Assembly (NCBI GenBank): GCA_938040365.1
Contig: CALHXU010000056.1
Location: 3,456 to 67,455 of the forward strand
Source: an uncultured Acidimicrobiales bacterium
Lineage (GTDB): Bacteria > Actinomycetota > Acidimicrobiia > Acidimicrobiales > SHLQ01
Direction of reading: 5' to 3'
Length of the DNA stretch: 64,000 bases
This document shows positions 18,893 through 28,500 of this stretch, piece by piece. The position numbers and the translations under genes were made by a program. Numbering within the stretch: position 1 is the stretch's first letter; each line of letters starts with the position of its first letter. The notes beneath the pieces were generated by a model. The model worked only from the letters and a program-made list of their open reading frames with translations. It had not been told where the DNA came from and searched no databases.

Positions 18893-18960
18893 ATCCTCGT
18901 CGAACGTATTGTGAACGTACCACGATCCGAAACTGCGCAATAAATCAAATCGGCGAAATT

Positions 18961-19797
18961 GTGGTCCGAGTTTTGGACGATTCGGTAGCGGCAGACCAAT
19001 ACGATGACGGCGTGACATCTTCACCTGAACAGTCATATGAATTCCTTGTTGAACGTGCAGAGGGCGGGCCGAGCGTTGTCCATCTGACGTTTTCTGAGCA
19101 GTCGTCGATGACCACGTTCGTCGATGCGCTCGCGCTCGCAGCGAATGCCGGGAGCGATGCATCGCTATGGATCCACGGGACGACCCCGGAGCGCCGCGAC
19201 CATCTCGAAGCTGCAGGATTTCAGAGCGATCGCACCCTGCTCCAGATGTTCGCCCCGCTCCCGAACGCTGAAACAGACGTTGTGACGCGTGCCTTCACGC
19301 CGGCCGATATCGATGAGTTCGTGGCCTTGAATAACCGCGCCTTTTCGTGGCACCCAGAGCAGTCGGGGTTGACCCGAGACGATGTTGTTCGTGACATGGA
19401 CGCCGCGTGGTTCGATGCTGAGGGGTTCCGTCTGCATCACATCGACGACGAACTCGCCGCCTTCTGCTGGACCAAGGTGCACGACCCCGAAGGCGCCAGC
19501 GCCAACGGCAAAGCCAGTTCTGGTACCGCGCAAAGCTACGAGAACAACACGGCCGCAACTGACGCCGAAGGCGTCAGCGAGATATTGGGCGAGATTTATG
19601 TGATTGCGGTCGATCCGAGGTTCCATGGCCGTGGACTCGGAAAGGCGCTCACGCTTGCAGGGCTTGCGCACCTGCACTCGGTTGGGATTGCGACGTCGAT
19701 GCTCTATGTCGAGTCCGACAACACCGCTGCGGTGGCTACCTATGAAAAGCTCGGCTTCAGCGTTGGCCGCCGAGACACGCTGTGGCGCCAAAAATGA
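18961..19797 (+). CDS. mshD: mycothiol synthase (GNAT acetyltransferase)
   Basis: Matches my recollection of the Mycobacterium tuberculosis MshD sequence: FSWHPEQSG, FCWTKVH, GEIYVIAVDPRFHGRGLG, MLYVESDNTAAVATYEKLGF. The start is uncertain. The GTG at 18961 is preferred because the hairpin at 18802-18831 lies inside longer versions (ATG at 18763 or 18778). Confidence 0.8.
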   Translation: MVRVLDDSVAADQYDDGVTSSPEQSYEFLVERAEGGPSVVHLTFSEQSSMTTFVDALALAANAGSDASLWIHGTTPERRDHLEAAGFQSDRTLLQMFAPLPNAETDVVTRAFTPADIDEFVALNNRAFSWHPEQSGLTRDDVVRDMDAAWFDAEGFRLHHIDDELAAFCWTKVHDPEGASANGKASSGTAQSYENNTAATDAEGVSEILGEIYVIAVDPRFHGRGLGKALTLAGLAHLHSVGIATSMLYVESDNTAAVATYEKLGFSVGRRDTLWRQK

Positions 19798-20891
19798 TCG
19801 TTACCAATACCCGCTATCAGCCCACTCGTGAGGAGTTCGCTGAGTTGCTCAGTGAACATCGGTCGTATCGGATCGATCAGCTGTGGAAGGGCATGTATGA
19901 GGAGGGCCTTGCGATAGAGGAGATCTCGACGCTCCCAAAGGCGCTTCGAGCTGAGCTCGCCGAGCGATTCCCTGCCGCGCTGTCGAACCGGACCGAGCGG
20001 GTGAGTGAGGGCGGCGAGACCCACAAGTGGTTGTGGGGCCTCGATGATGGCGACGCGGTCGAAACCGTGCTGATGCATTACACGGGCCGGTCGACGGTCT
20101 GTGTGAGTAGCCAGGCGGGCTGTGCAATGGCGTGTGGCTTTTGTGCGACGGGCCAGGAGGGTTTTCGGCGACATCTCACGACAGGCGAGATCGTCGAGCA
20201 GGTGGTGAGAGCCCGCGAAGCTGCGCTGCCCCGGCGATTGTCGAATGTGGTCTTTATGGGGATGGGCGAGCCGCTCGCAAACTATGACGCGGTTTGGGGC
20301 GCGGTCCGGCGAATCCATGGTGATCTCGGACTTTCCGCCCGCCACATCACGATGAGTACCGTCGGTCTGGTCCCGGGCATCAACAAGATGGCCGAGGAAG
20401 ACCTACCGGTGAGCCTCGCCGTGTCGCTACACGCCGCAACAGATGATTTACGAACCGAGCTCGTTCCGATCAACGCTCGCTATCCAATCGATGCTCTCGC
20501 AACGGCCTGTCAGAAGTACGTTTCTGCGTCCGGCCGCCGACTCAGCTTTGAGTGGGCGCTGATCGCAGACGTGAACGATACGAAAGAGCAGGCGATCGCC
20601 CTCAGCGAGTTGTGTCGAGAGCTACGAGCTCACGTGAACCTAATTCCGCTCAACCCCACGCCGGGATACCTCACGGTTGGTACGGAAATGTCGGGAGTGA
20701 AGCAGTTCCAGAGCTGGCTACTCGAGCGAAACACGAACGCAACGATTCGCCGAAACCGTGGTACCGACATCGATGCGGCATGTGGGCAGCTGCGAGCGAG
20801 TCAGGCCAAGAACTCCGGGAGCGATTCGGTGACGACGTCGGTTTCGGCCCCACGCCGAAGAGATCGGGGCACCAGCGATTTCGTGGACTAG
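19794..20891 (+). CDS. rlmN: 23S rRNA/tRNA (adenine-C2)-methyltransferase, radical SAM
   Basis: CAMACGFCATGQ radical-SAM cluster motif, GMGEPL, RlmN-like length. ATGA overlap with the mshD stop when started at 19794. Confidence 0.9.
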   Translation: MIVTNTRYQPTREEFAELLSEHRSYRIDQLWKGMYEEGLAIEEISTLPKALRAELAERFPAALSNRTERVSEGGETHKWLWGLDDGDAVETVLMHYTGRSTVCVSSQAGCAMACGFCATGQEGFRRHLTTGEIVEQVVRAREAALPRRLSNVVFMGMGEPLANYDAVWGAVRRIHGDLGLSARHITMSTVGLVPGINKMAEEDLPVSLAVSLHAATDDLRTELVPINARYPIDALATACQKYVSASGRRLSFEWALIADVNDTKEQAIALSELCRELRAHVNLIPLNPTPGYLTVGTEMSGVKQFQSWLLERNTNATIRRNRGTDIDAACGQLRASQAKNSGSDSVTTSVSAPRRRDRGTSDFVD

Positions 20892-20902
20892 CCTAGGGAT
20901 CG

Positions 20903-21808
20903 ATGGCTGATCGTTATTCTTTCCAAAGCCCCTTCTCGCAAGGCTCCGGTGGCGACCCCTGGTTCACGGTGGGTTCGATCGCGGTCAACACCACGACATT
21001 TGTGACCGGCCTTGGCCTCTTGGGTGTGATCTTGCAGGTCGTTGCGCCCGCGGTCAACAACCTTCTCGTGCTTACCGACCGCGCCATTTTGGGCGGACAA
21101 CTCTGGCGCCTCGTCACCTACCCCATCCCGAGCGGCAACGACTTCTTTTGGGGTCTTCTCGGCTTGTTGTTCTTCTACATGATCGGCAGCCAGTTCGAAC
21201 GGCTACTCGGTCGTCGAGCCTTCACCAGCCTGATGGTCGCGATCGTTGTCGTACCAGCGGTGCTCGGCACCCTCGTGGCGATCCTCACCGGCACCGGTAT
21301 TGGCGTCTTTGGCCTCTCGCTTCCATTCCTGGGTGTCGCTGCGGGCTTTTCTGCTGCGAACCCCCAGGCTCGTTCGTTCTTCAACATTCCGTTCTGGGCA
21401 ATCGTTGCGTTCTTTCTCGTCGTCCAGTTGTTGACTGCGTTAGCTGTGCGTTCGCCAGCGTCGATCGTCATGCTGTTGTCGACGACCGGTATTGGGCTGG
21501 TCATGACTCGCTCGCTCGGGTTCTCAAACGTCGAGTGGATTCCCACCGTTGCGCTTCCCGGGTCGGTCACCGGAGATGGTGTTGCGACCGCGCCTCGGGA
21601 TGCAAAGCCAAAGCGTGGACGCGGCAAGAAGTCGAAGGGCAAGAGCCACCTCCAGTCGGTGTCGGCACCGACCTCGCGTGCGACCGAGGCCGAGATCGAT
21701 GCGCTGCTCGATCAGGTGAACGACTTTGGGATCGACAGCCTGACCAAAGACCAAAAGAAGACGCTCGAACGCCACGCCCAAGAGATGAAGAAGCGCCGCG
21801 AGGGGTAG
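20903..21808 (+). CDS. rhomboid-family membrane protein, probably non-catalytic, with a basic linker and helical C-terminal domain
   Basis: 301 aa. GGQLWRLVTYP rhomboid TM2 signature, GLSL in place of GxSG, and no His at the expected TM2 or TM6 positions. The C-terminus reads EAEIDALLDQVNDFGIDSLTKDQKKTLERH. Confidence 0.65.
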   Translation: MADRYSFQSPFSQGSGGDPWFTVGSIAVNTTTFVTGLGLLGVILQVVAPAVNNLLVLTDRAILGGQLWRLVTYPIPSGNDFFWGLLGLLFFYMIGSQFERLLGRRAFTSLMVAIVVVPAVLGTLVAILTGTGIGVFGLSLPFLGVAAGFSAANPQARSFFNIPFWAIVAFFLVVQLLTALAVRSPASIVMLLSTTGIGLVMTRSLGFSNVEWIPTVALPGSVTGDGVATAPRDAKPKRGRGKKSKGKSHLQSVSAPTSRATEAEIDALLDQVNDFGIDSLTKDQKKTLERHAQEMKKRREG

Positions 21809-21834
21809 GTTTTGGAGCCGATCGGCGTGCGCCT

Positions 21835-22401
21835 CTATTCGGAGAGGAGAGCGCCCGCTGCCTCTTCGATGCCGTGTCGTTGATCGCGCATTGCCTTCCA
21901 TGCGTCTGCAACCGGGGCGGGCGAGCCTTCGATTGCGACCACTAACAGGTCGTCACCCAACACGTTTGCGAGGACCGCACCTCGGGTCGTCGACGTAACC
22001 GAATCGACAAAGGCGCCGGTGGCATCGCGTTCGGTAAGGGTCATCTCGTCTCGGATCGAGGCTGCTTTGTGCACGAGCGCTCGCCGCATTGCTTCGCGCT
22101 CGCCAGAGGTGATGAGGCTTACGAGTGGAGTGGCTTCTGGCCCACGGAACAACATCGCCCCGGTGAAACCCGGGGTCCAGGTCGCGATTTGTTCGAGGTG
22201 ATAGTCGAGGCTCGCGAGTGCGTCGGCATCGACATCGTCGGTCGTAGGTCCATCGCCGTACTCCCGAATTCTCTTGCGTCGATCCGATGCCGCCTGCGCA
22301 GCACGTCGCGCCATCGTTGCGACCTCGTCGTCGAGTTCTTCGGTGCCGTCATACTTCGAAACCACAGCGTCGACGCTATCGCAGGCACAGTTCGCCGCCA
22401 C
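21835..22401 (-). CDS. hypothetical protein
   Basis: 188-aa ORF with a GTG start (alternative ATG at 22314). Coding-like composition, no motif recognised. Divergent from menG across 21 bp. Confidence 0.5.
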   Translation of the reverse strand: MAANCACDSVDAVVSKYDGTEELDDEVATMARRAAQAASDRRKRIREYGDGPTTDDVDADALASLDYHLEQIATWTPGFTGAMLFRGPEATPLVSLITSGEREAMRRALVHKAASIRDEMTLTERDATGAFVDSVTSTTRGAVLANVLGDDLLVVAIEGSPAPVADAWKAMRDQRHGIEEAAGALLSE

Positions 22402-22422
22402 TCAAACCTGCGCGCAGTGTGT

Positions 22423-23202
22423 ATGACCCCTACGGTGGAGGTTGTGAGCTCCACCGCCGATACGTCACGTCCCCCCTCGAACGTCAGCCCACTGTCGAAC
22501 TCAGAGTTGCCACAGCTCGACCAGCCGCTCCCTTCGGGCGAGGCAAAGGGCGAGGCCGTTCAGGCAATGTTCGACACGATTGCGCCTCGTTATGACCTGG
22601 TGAATCGAATCATGACGTTTCGTCTCGACGTTCGATGGCGTCGAATTGCGATCGAGAGCCTCGGCTTGCCCAAAGGTGCGGTGCTCGTCGATTTGGCCAC
22701 CGGCACCGGCGATTTCTGCAGGGAGCTCTCCGAGCACGGGTATCGCTCGATCGGCGCCGACTTCAGCTTCGGCATGCTCGACGCGGCACGAACTGCCGAG
22801 CCGCTCGTCCAGGGTGATGGGATGTCGCTGCCGTTTCCCGATGCTTCGGTCGATGGAGTCACCTGCGGGTTTGCGTTACGGAACTTTGTGGATCTGGATC
22901 GCGTGTTTGCCGAACTTGCCCGAATCACTCGTCCGGGTGGACGAATTGCGCTCCTCGATGCGAGCTCGCCAGATAACCCGGTGGCAAAGGCTGGCCACAG
23001 CGTCTACTTCGGCAAGGTCGTCCCATTCATTGGCGGCGTGCTGTCGAACAAGGATGCCTATGGCTATCTACCGCGCTCGCTCGCCTACCTTCCGCCCCGT
23101 GAAGAACTACTTGCCGGCCTCGTCTCGGTCGGCTTTAGCAACGCGAACCACGAGCAGCTCACGCTGGGCGCAGCCCAGCTCATCACCGCCACTCGCGATT
23201 AG
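22423..23202 (+). CDS. menG: demethylmenaquinone methyltransferase (UbiE/MenG family)
   Basis: Starts at MTPTVEV. FDTIAPRYDLVNRIMTF, VLVDLATGTGDF SAM motif, YLPRSL. Confidence 0.9.
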   Translation: MTPTVEVVSSTADTSRPPSNVSPLSNSELPQLDQPLPSGEAKGEAVQAMFDTIAPRYDLVNRIMTFRLDVRWRRIAIESLGLPKGAVLVDLATGTGDFCRELSEHGYRSIGADFSFGMLDAARTAEPLVQGDGMSLPFPDASVDGVTCGFALRNFVDLDRVFAELARITRPGGRIALLDASSPDNPVAKAGHSVYFGKVVPFIGGVLSNKDAYGYLPRSLAYLPPREELLAGLVSVGFSNANHEQLTLGAAQLITATRD

Positions 23203-23245
23203 CGAGCGAAATACCGGGACTAGCGAGACATCGGAGGAGCGGGAC
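23200..23245. repeat. degenerate tandem duplication tagcgag-N-cgggac x2, starting at the menG stop codon
   Basis: tagcgagcgaaataccgggac (23200-23220) is followed by tagcgagacatcggaggagcgggac (23221-23245). Confidence 0.6.
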
Positions 23246-23265
23246 TTCAAAACTGAGTTGGCCCG

Positions 23266-24159
23266 TTAGAAGAGCAACCCGACGGTCATTGCAAGACCAG
23301 CGAGCAGCTGGGTTTTGCCCGTTGCTTCGAGCACCGGGATGAGATCTCGCCCGACAGCTCCAGAAATCACGGTTCGGACCGCGGAACCTGCGGTGACCAA
23401 ACCAATGAGGCCGAGCAGTAACCCGGGTCGAGACGACAGACCGGCGGTCAGGGCGATAAGCACGAACGCCCCGAGCATCGTCGCAGTGAAGAACGTGCGC
23501 GTGTTTCGGTCGCCCATTCGAACCGCGAGGGTGTTCTTCCCAACTTCGGCGTCGCCTTCACGGTCGCGGAGGTTGTTGATGATCAGCAATGCCGTCGCGA
23601 AAACCCCGACCGGGATTGCGAGCACGGTCGCAAGACCCGAAACTGCTTCGGTCTGCACATAGGCAGAACCAATGGTGGCGACGAGACCAAAGAAGACAAA
23701 CACGAACACTTCTCCGAGGCCGAGGTAGCCGTAGGGCTTTGAGCCACCGGTGTAGAACCAACCTGCGGCGATCGAGAACAACCCGACGACGAGTAGCCAC
23801 GGGTTTACCACGAGCGACAAGATGAGGCCTACGATTCCAGCGACTCCGAACGACGCGAAGATCGCCCGCTTGACCGCTCCGGGCGACGCCGCTCCCGAAC
23901 CAACGAGCCGTAGTGGACCGACCCGATCATCGTCGGTGCCGCGAATACCATCGGAGTAGTCGTTGGCATAGTTCGTGGCGACCTGCAGCGCGAGCGCGAC
24001 GATCATGGCCGCAGCAGCCCGCCATGCAATAAATGTCTCAGATGCAACCGCAGCGGTACCCACAGCGACCGGAACGATCGCTGCGGGCAGCGTCTTTGGC
24101 CGCGCTCCGGCAATCCAAAGCGCTGCTCCGGTAGGGGTTTGGGTTGGTGTGTTCACCAT
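23266..24159 (-). CDS. menA: 1,4-dihydroxy-2-naphthoate polyprenyltransferase
   Basis: UbiA-family membrane protein with NDYSDGIRGTDDDRVGPLRLV. The start is uncertain (24159 or 24213). Confidence 0.9.
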   Translation of the reverse strand: MVNTPTQTPTGAALWIAGARPKTLPAAIVPVAVGTAAVASETFIAWRAAAAMIVALALQVATNYANDYSDGIRGTDDDRVGPLRLVGSGAASPGAVKRAIFASFGVAGIVGLILSLVVNPWLLVVGLFSIAAGWFYTGGSKPYGYLGLGEVFVFVFFGLVATIGSAYVQTEAVSGLATVLAIPVGVFATALLIINNLRDREGDAEVGKNTLAVRMGDRNTRTFFTATMLGAFVLIALTAGLSSRPGLLLGLIGLVTAGSAVRTVISGAVGRDLIPVLEATGKTQLLAGLAMTVGLLF

Positions 24160-24755
24160 CGCCCCCAGTGTGTCCGATCCGAGGCGCTGCGAGTCGGACG
24201 TTGTGATGACCAACTTTTCCGATCCGACTCGCGGTCGGGTTCACCCACGGCGATCGTGCCCAAGGATCGGCGAGCTGTCGGAATACCAAAGTGTGCGCTG
24301 ACCGAAGTTTCGTGCTCAAACTGTCCAAAAAAGCACACGCCGAGTTCCAGCGCTGCTGCGGTCAGGAGAACGTTTTCGACCGCTGCTCCCCCATCGACCC
24401 ACCAGTACGGCACCGGCCACGCCAGAGCGGCTTCTCCAAGGCCGCTATGGGCCTTGTCGGACTCGCTGTAGCGCTTGAGGTAGTCATCTGGCGCGACCGT
24501 TGGGATAAGCAGCACAGGAGCGAGGAGAAGGCCTGGCCACCGAAACCCGGACCGGCGCTCCTCGGGAAGGGTGATCTGCCAGTACTGGTCTACATCGTCG
24601 CCCTCGAGCACGAGCGTTTCTACCGACGCAGTGTTCCCGGCACTGGGGCCTCGAGTCAGCGCGTACAACAACGCGTCGAGGCCGTCAGCGCTTGGGGGCG
24701 CGCCGGTGAAGGCCCGAGTCATGTGCCGGGCGGCAAGCGCGTCAAAGATGTCCAC
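24153..24755 (-). CDS. nitroreductase family protein
   Basis: 200 aa. N-terminus MDIFDALAARHMTRAF...PSAGN is typical of the nitroreductase fold. Confidence 0.75.
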   Translation of the reverse strand: MDIFDALAARHMTRAFTGAPPSADGLDALLYALTRGPSAGNTASVETLVLEGDDVDQYWQITLPEERRSGFRWPGLLLAPVLLIPTVAPDDYLKRYSESDKAHSGLGEAALAWPVPYWWVDGGAAVENVLLTAAALELGVCFFGQFEHETSVSAHFGIPTARRSLGTIAVGEPDRESDRKSWSSQRPTRSASDRTHWGRW

Positions 24756-24770
24756 GAGGGTTGATCGCAG

Positions 24771-25439
24771 CTACGCGAACTTTGCGAGTTCCTCAGACAT
24801 TGCCCAACCAAAGCCAATGACGACGTCACCGTTATCGACGTCGATCTCGCTGAAGAACCCGGCGACCTCAGGGTCGATGTCTTCGGGGCTTGCCGATTCG
24901 AAGTCGAAGGCGCACGGAATGGACCCATTACCCTTTGCGCTGAAGCTGCGATCGTCGTAGCGGAGTGGTGAGATGCCGAATCGCTTTGCAAAGCGACGGC
25001 CCCACGCACGTTCTTCACCCGATGCCTTGTGATCTGGGCGTGGCACGATGTCGTGGAAGGTCTTCAACATGTCGAAGCCGTCAGGGGTTTGCATGCGAAG
25101 GCCAACGACCACGTCTTCGTCGGGGAATGCCATAACCGCTCGATGCATAAGGTCGGTGATCATTGCCCGCATGACCGCATCGCGACGTGAGCTGCGTGCA
25201 ATCGAGCCGAGCCCGATGATGATCGCTGGCGTGCCGCCGATGCGCTCGAGGGTGTAGTAGGCAAAGCCCTTAAGCCGGCCGCCATCTTGGGCCTCGCAGC
25301 ACAAGACCCACTCCTCGGCCTGCTTGGAAAGGTCGCCGACCCCATAAGCCAAGGGAAGCTCAGCGCAGAGATCAGCCATTTCGGAAATCTCGGAGTCGCT
25401 CAGTGCGTTGCAGTCTTTGGTTTCAACCTCTAAAGCCAT
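24771..25439 (-). CDS. hypothetical protein (possible acyltransferase-like fold)
   Basis: ORF 24771..25526, probably starting at MALEVETKD (25439). No catalytic motif recognised. Confidence 0.5.
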   Translation of the reverse strand: MALEVETKDCNALSDSEISEMADLCAELPLAYGVGDLSKQAEEWVLCCEAQDGGRLKGFAYYTLERIGGTPAIIIGLGSIARSSRRDAVMRAMITDLMHRAVMAFPDEDVVVGLRMQTPDGFDMLKTFHDIVPRPDHKASGEERAWGRRFAKRFGISPLRYDDRSFSAKGNGSIPCAFDFESASPEDIDPEVAGFFSEIDVDNGDVVIGFGWAMSEELAKFA

Positions 25440-25545
25440 ATTTTCTAACGCCTCATGGTGGTGGTCTCGACCTCTAGTCCAGTCAATCTCGGGACAAAAC
25501 GCAAACTGGGACGCGAGTCGGTCCAACCATCAAACCTCCGATGGG

Positions 25546-28500
25546 CTATACCACGACCGCATCGGGGCCGAGCAACACCCGCAACTCTGCCACCAGCCCG
25601 TTGCCCGTCTCGACGCGGTATGTCTCGGGAAGTCGGATGACTTGGGTGCCGTCGAGGTGCAAGAACACCTCCGACGAACCGGAATGATCGGTCAGCAGCG
25701 ACTTCAACGAGTCGAGGGTGCCAGGGTCTTGGGCGTGCGTTGGCAAGCGCAACCGAAGGGGAGCTGCTTCGGTCATCGACGAGGAGTCGAAAATTTCGAG
25801 TTCCTGACAGATGAACTTCGCAATATCGTCCTTGCCATCGAGGCGGCCGCGCACAACCACGATCGCGTCGTCGACGAGCTTGTGGCCGTGTTCGTTCATC
25901 GTGCGCGGGAAGACCATGACCTCGATCGACCCTTCGAGATCTTCGAGTTCGAAGATCGCCATCAGGTCGCCTTTGCGAGTCCACTTCTTCTGCAGGTTTG
26001 TAATCACGCCACCGACGCGCAGGAAGGCACCGTCGGCCTCGTCCTCGAGCGCACCAACGGTCTTGTCGCAGCGGCGTTGCAGCGCTGCCTCGTACCCCAA
26101 GATCGGGTGATCGGAGATGTACAGCCCGAGCATCTCTTTTTCGCTCGCAAGCTTCGGCATCTTTTCGAACTCGACATCGGGAATCTCGGGACGATCGTCG
26201 AAGGTCGGCTCATCGCCGAGGCTGCCGAAAAGCGTTGCAACACCAATGTCGTGGTCTTTGCGGGACGCAACGGTGCGGTCGATGATCAGCTCATAGACGT
26301 TGAGCAGGCCCTTGCGTGGATGTCCGAGCGAATCGAAGGCGCCGCCCTTGATCAACGATTCGATGGTTCGTTTGTTGAGCACCGAATAGTCGACCCGCTC
26401 GACAAAGTTGAGGAAGCTTTCGAATGGACCATTCTCGTTTCGTTCCGAGATGATTTGTTCGACCAACGCTTCGCCCACATTGCGAACCGCCGACATACCA
26501 AAGACGATCTCGCCCTTTGTTTCACCGGACAGATCAGGTTCGGGATGGAAGTCGATTCGGGCACGGTTGATGTCGGGCACAACGACGTTGATGCCCATAA
26601 TCCGACATTCGTTCAGATACACCGCGGCCTTATCCAGGCTTCCCTTTACCGAGGTCAGCAGCGCAGCGAGGTACTCGACGGGATAGTGCGCCTTCAGATA
26701 CGCAATTTGATAGGCCACAAATCCGTAGCCATAACTATGACTCTTGTTGAAGGCATAGTCGGCGAATGGCTCGATGATCTTCCACCACTCTTCGCCGAGC
26801 GGACGGCCATATCCAGTGGTCTCGCAGCCATCGACAAACTTCGCCTTCTCCTTTTGCATAACCTCGCGGATCTTCTTGCCGCAGGCCTTTCGCAACGAGT
26901 CAGCATCGGCGAGCGAGTACCCAGCGAACTTCTGGGCAACTCGCATCATCGATTCCTGATAGATCATCAGGCCGTACGTGTCGCCAAGGATCTCGGATGC
27001 ATCGTCGTGGAGCAGCGACACCTCTTGTCGACCGTTTTTTCGGTCGGCGTAGTCGTTGTGCATGTTCGCTTCCATCGGCCCTGGCCGATAGAGCGCGACG
27101 AGTGCGGCAACGTCTTCGAACTCGGTCGGGCTGAGCGATTTCATCAACGCACGCATCGGCGTCGACTCCAGCTGGAACACGCCGATCGTGTCGCCGCGCT
27201 GGAGCAGCTCGTAGGTTGCTTTGTCTTCGAGGTCGACATTGTCGATATCGACCTCGATGCCCCGAGTCTCCGAAATTGCCTGCAGCGTGTCGGTGATGAC
27301 GTCGAGGTTTCGAAGACCGAGGAAGTCCATCTTCAACAGGCCGAGCGACTCGACACCGTTCATCTCGTATTGGGTGACGACCGGCGCGTCCTCTGGAGCT
27401 TGCCCAGACTCTGGCTTGCGCTGGATTGGCACATAGTCGGTCAGCGGATCTTTGGTAATCACCACAGCTGCAGCATGGATGCCATCAGAGCGGCGAAGGC
27501 CTTCGAGGCCCTTGGCAACCTCGACGACCTCGGCAACGATTGGTTCGGATGCGACCATCTCGCGGAGGTCGCCGGCCTGGGCATACCCACCCTCGTACTT
27601 CGGGTGCTTCTCAAAGCAGTACTGCAGCGGCGTGTCTCGCCCCATGATCAGCGGCGGCATTGCCTTTGCGACCTTGTCGCCAACGGCGTAGGGATAGCCG
27701 AGCACTCGTGCAGCGTCGCGGACCGCAGCGCGGGCCTTGATTTGGCTGAACGTGACGATCTGGGCAACGTGATCACGACCGTAGCGCTCCGAGCAGTACC
27801 GGATCATCTGGTCTCGGTAGCGAGTATCGAAGTCCATATCGATATCGGGCATCGACATACGAGACGGATTCAAGAAGCGTTCGAACAGCAGGTCGTATTT
27901 GATTGGATCGAGGTCGGTGATCCACAAGCAATACGCGACGGCACAACCCGCTGCAGAACCTCGACCTGGGCCGACGCGAATACCGTTGTCCCGTGCGTAC
28001 TTGATCATGTCCCAGGTGATGATGAAGTACGACGAGAACCCCATGTCTCGGATGACCTTCAGCTCAAAGAGCAAACGCTCGTTGATTTCGTCGGTGATCC
28101 CGTGTTCACCCCAGCGCTTCTTCGCTCCCTCCATCGTGAGGTGAAGCAGATAGGCATCATCGTCTTCGAAGCCCCGAGGTAGCGGGAAGCTTGGCAGGAG
28201 CGGTTCACCGAATTCGATCTCGACGTTGCAACGTTCGGCAATCCAGAGGCTGTTGTCGCACGCCACCTCGACCTCTCGCCACATGTCGCGCATCTCCGCT
28301 GCGCTCTTGAGATAGTGCTGATCACCGTGGAACTTGAATCGATCGGGGTCGCTGCGAAGCGAGCCCGTCTGCACACAGAGCAACGCATCGTGTGCCGAAT
28401 GATCGACCCGATGGGTGTAGTGGCTGTCGTTGGTCGCAAGGATCGGCGCACCGATCTTCTTCGCGATCTCGAGCAGTTGGGGGTTGGTCCGGATTTGTTC

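Noticed and set aside
18880-18925. Calling the his leader a bona fide T-box riboswitch
   Set aside because: Only short resemblances are present (GUGGUAC, GGUGGGG, CAC codons). I cannot identify Stem I, a specifier loop or the AG bulge. The spacing to the terminator is atypical. It is kept as a generic attenuator candidate only.
18472-18960. 5' extension of the mshD ORF to 441 aa
   Set aside because: It overlaps hisC and the 63-aa ORF on the opposite strand, and contains the strong hairpin at 18802-18831 and a lower-GC stretch. Similarity to MshD begins only after about 18961.
25408-28182. 924-aa ORF on the + strand
   Set aside because: It lies entirely antisense to dnaE, whose product has unmistakable Pol III alpha motifs. 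The translation is low-complexity and Arg/Val/Asp-rich. This is a typical stop-poor shadow frame in high-GC DNA.
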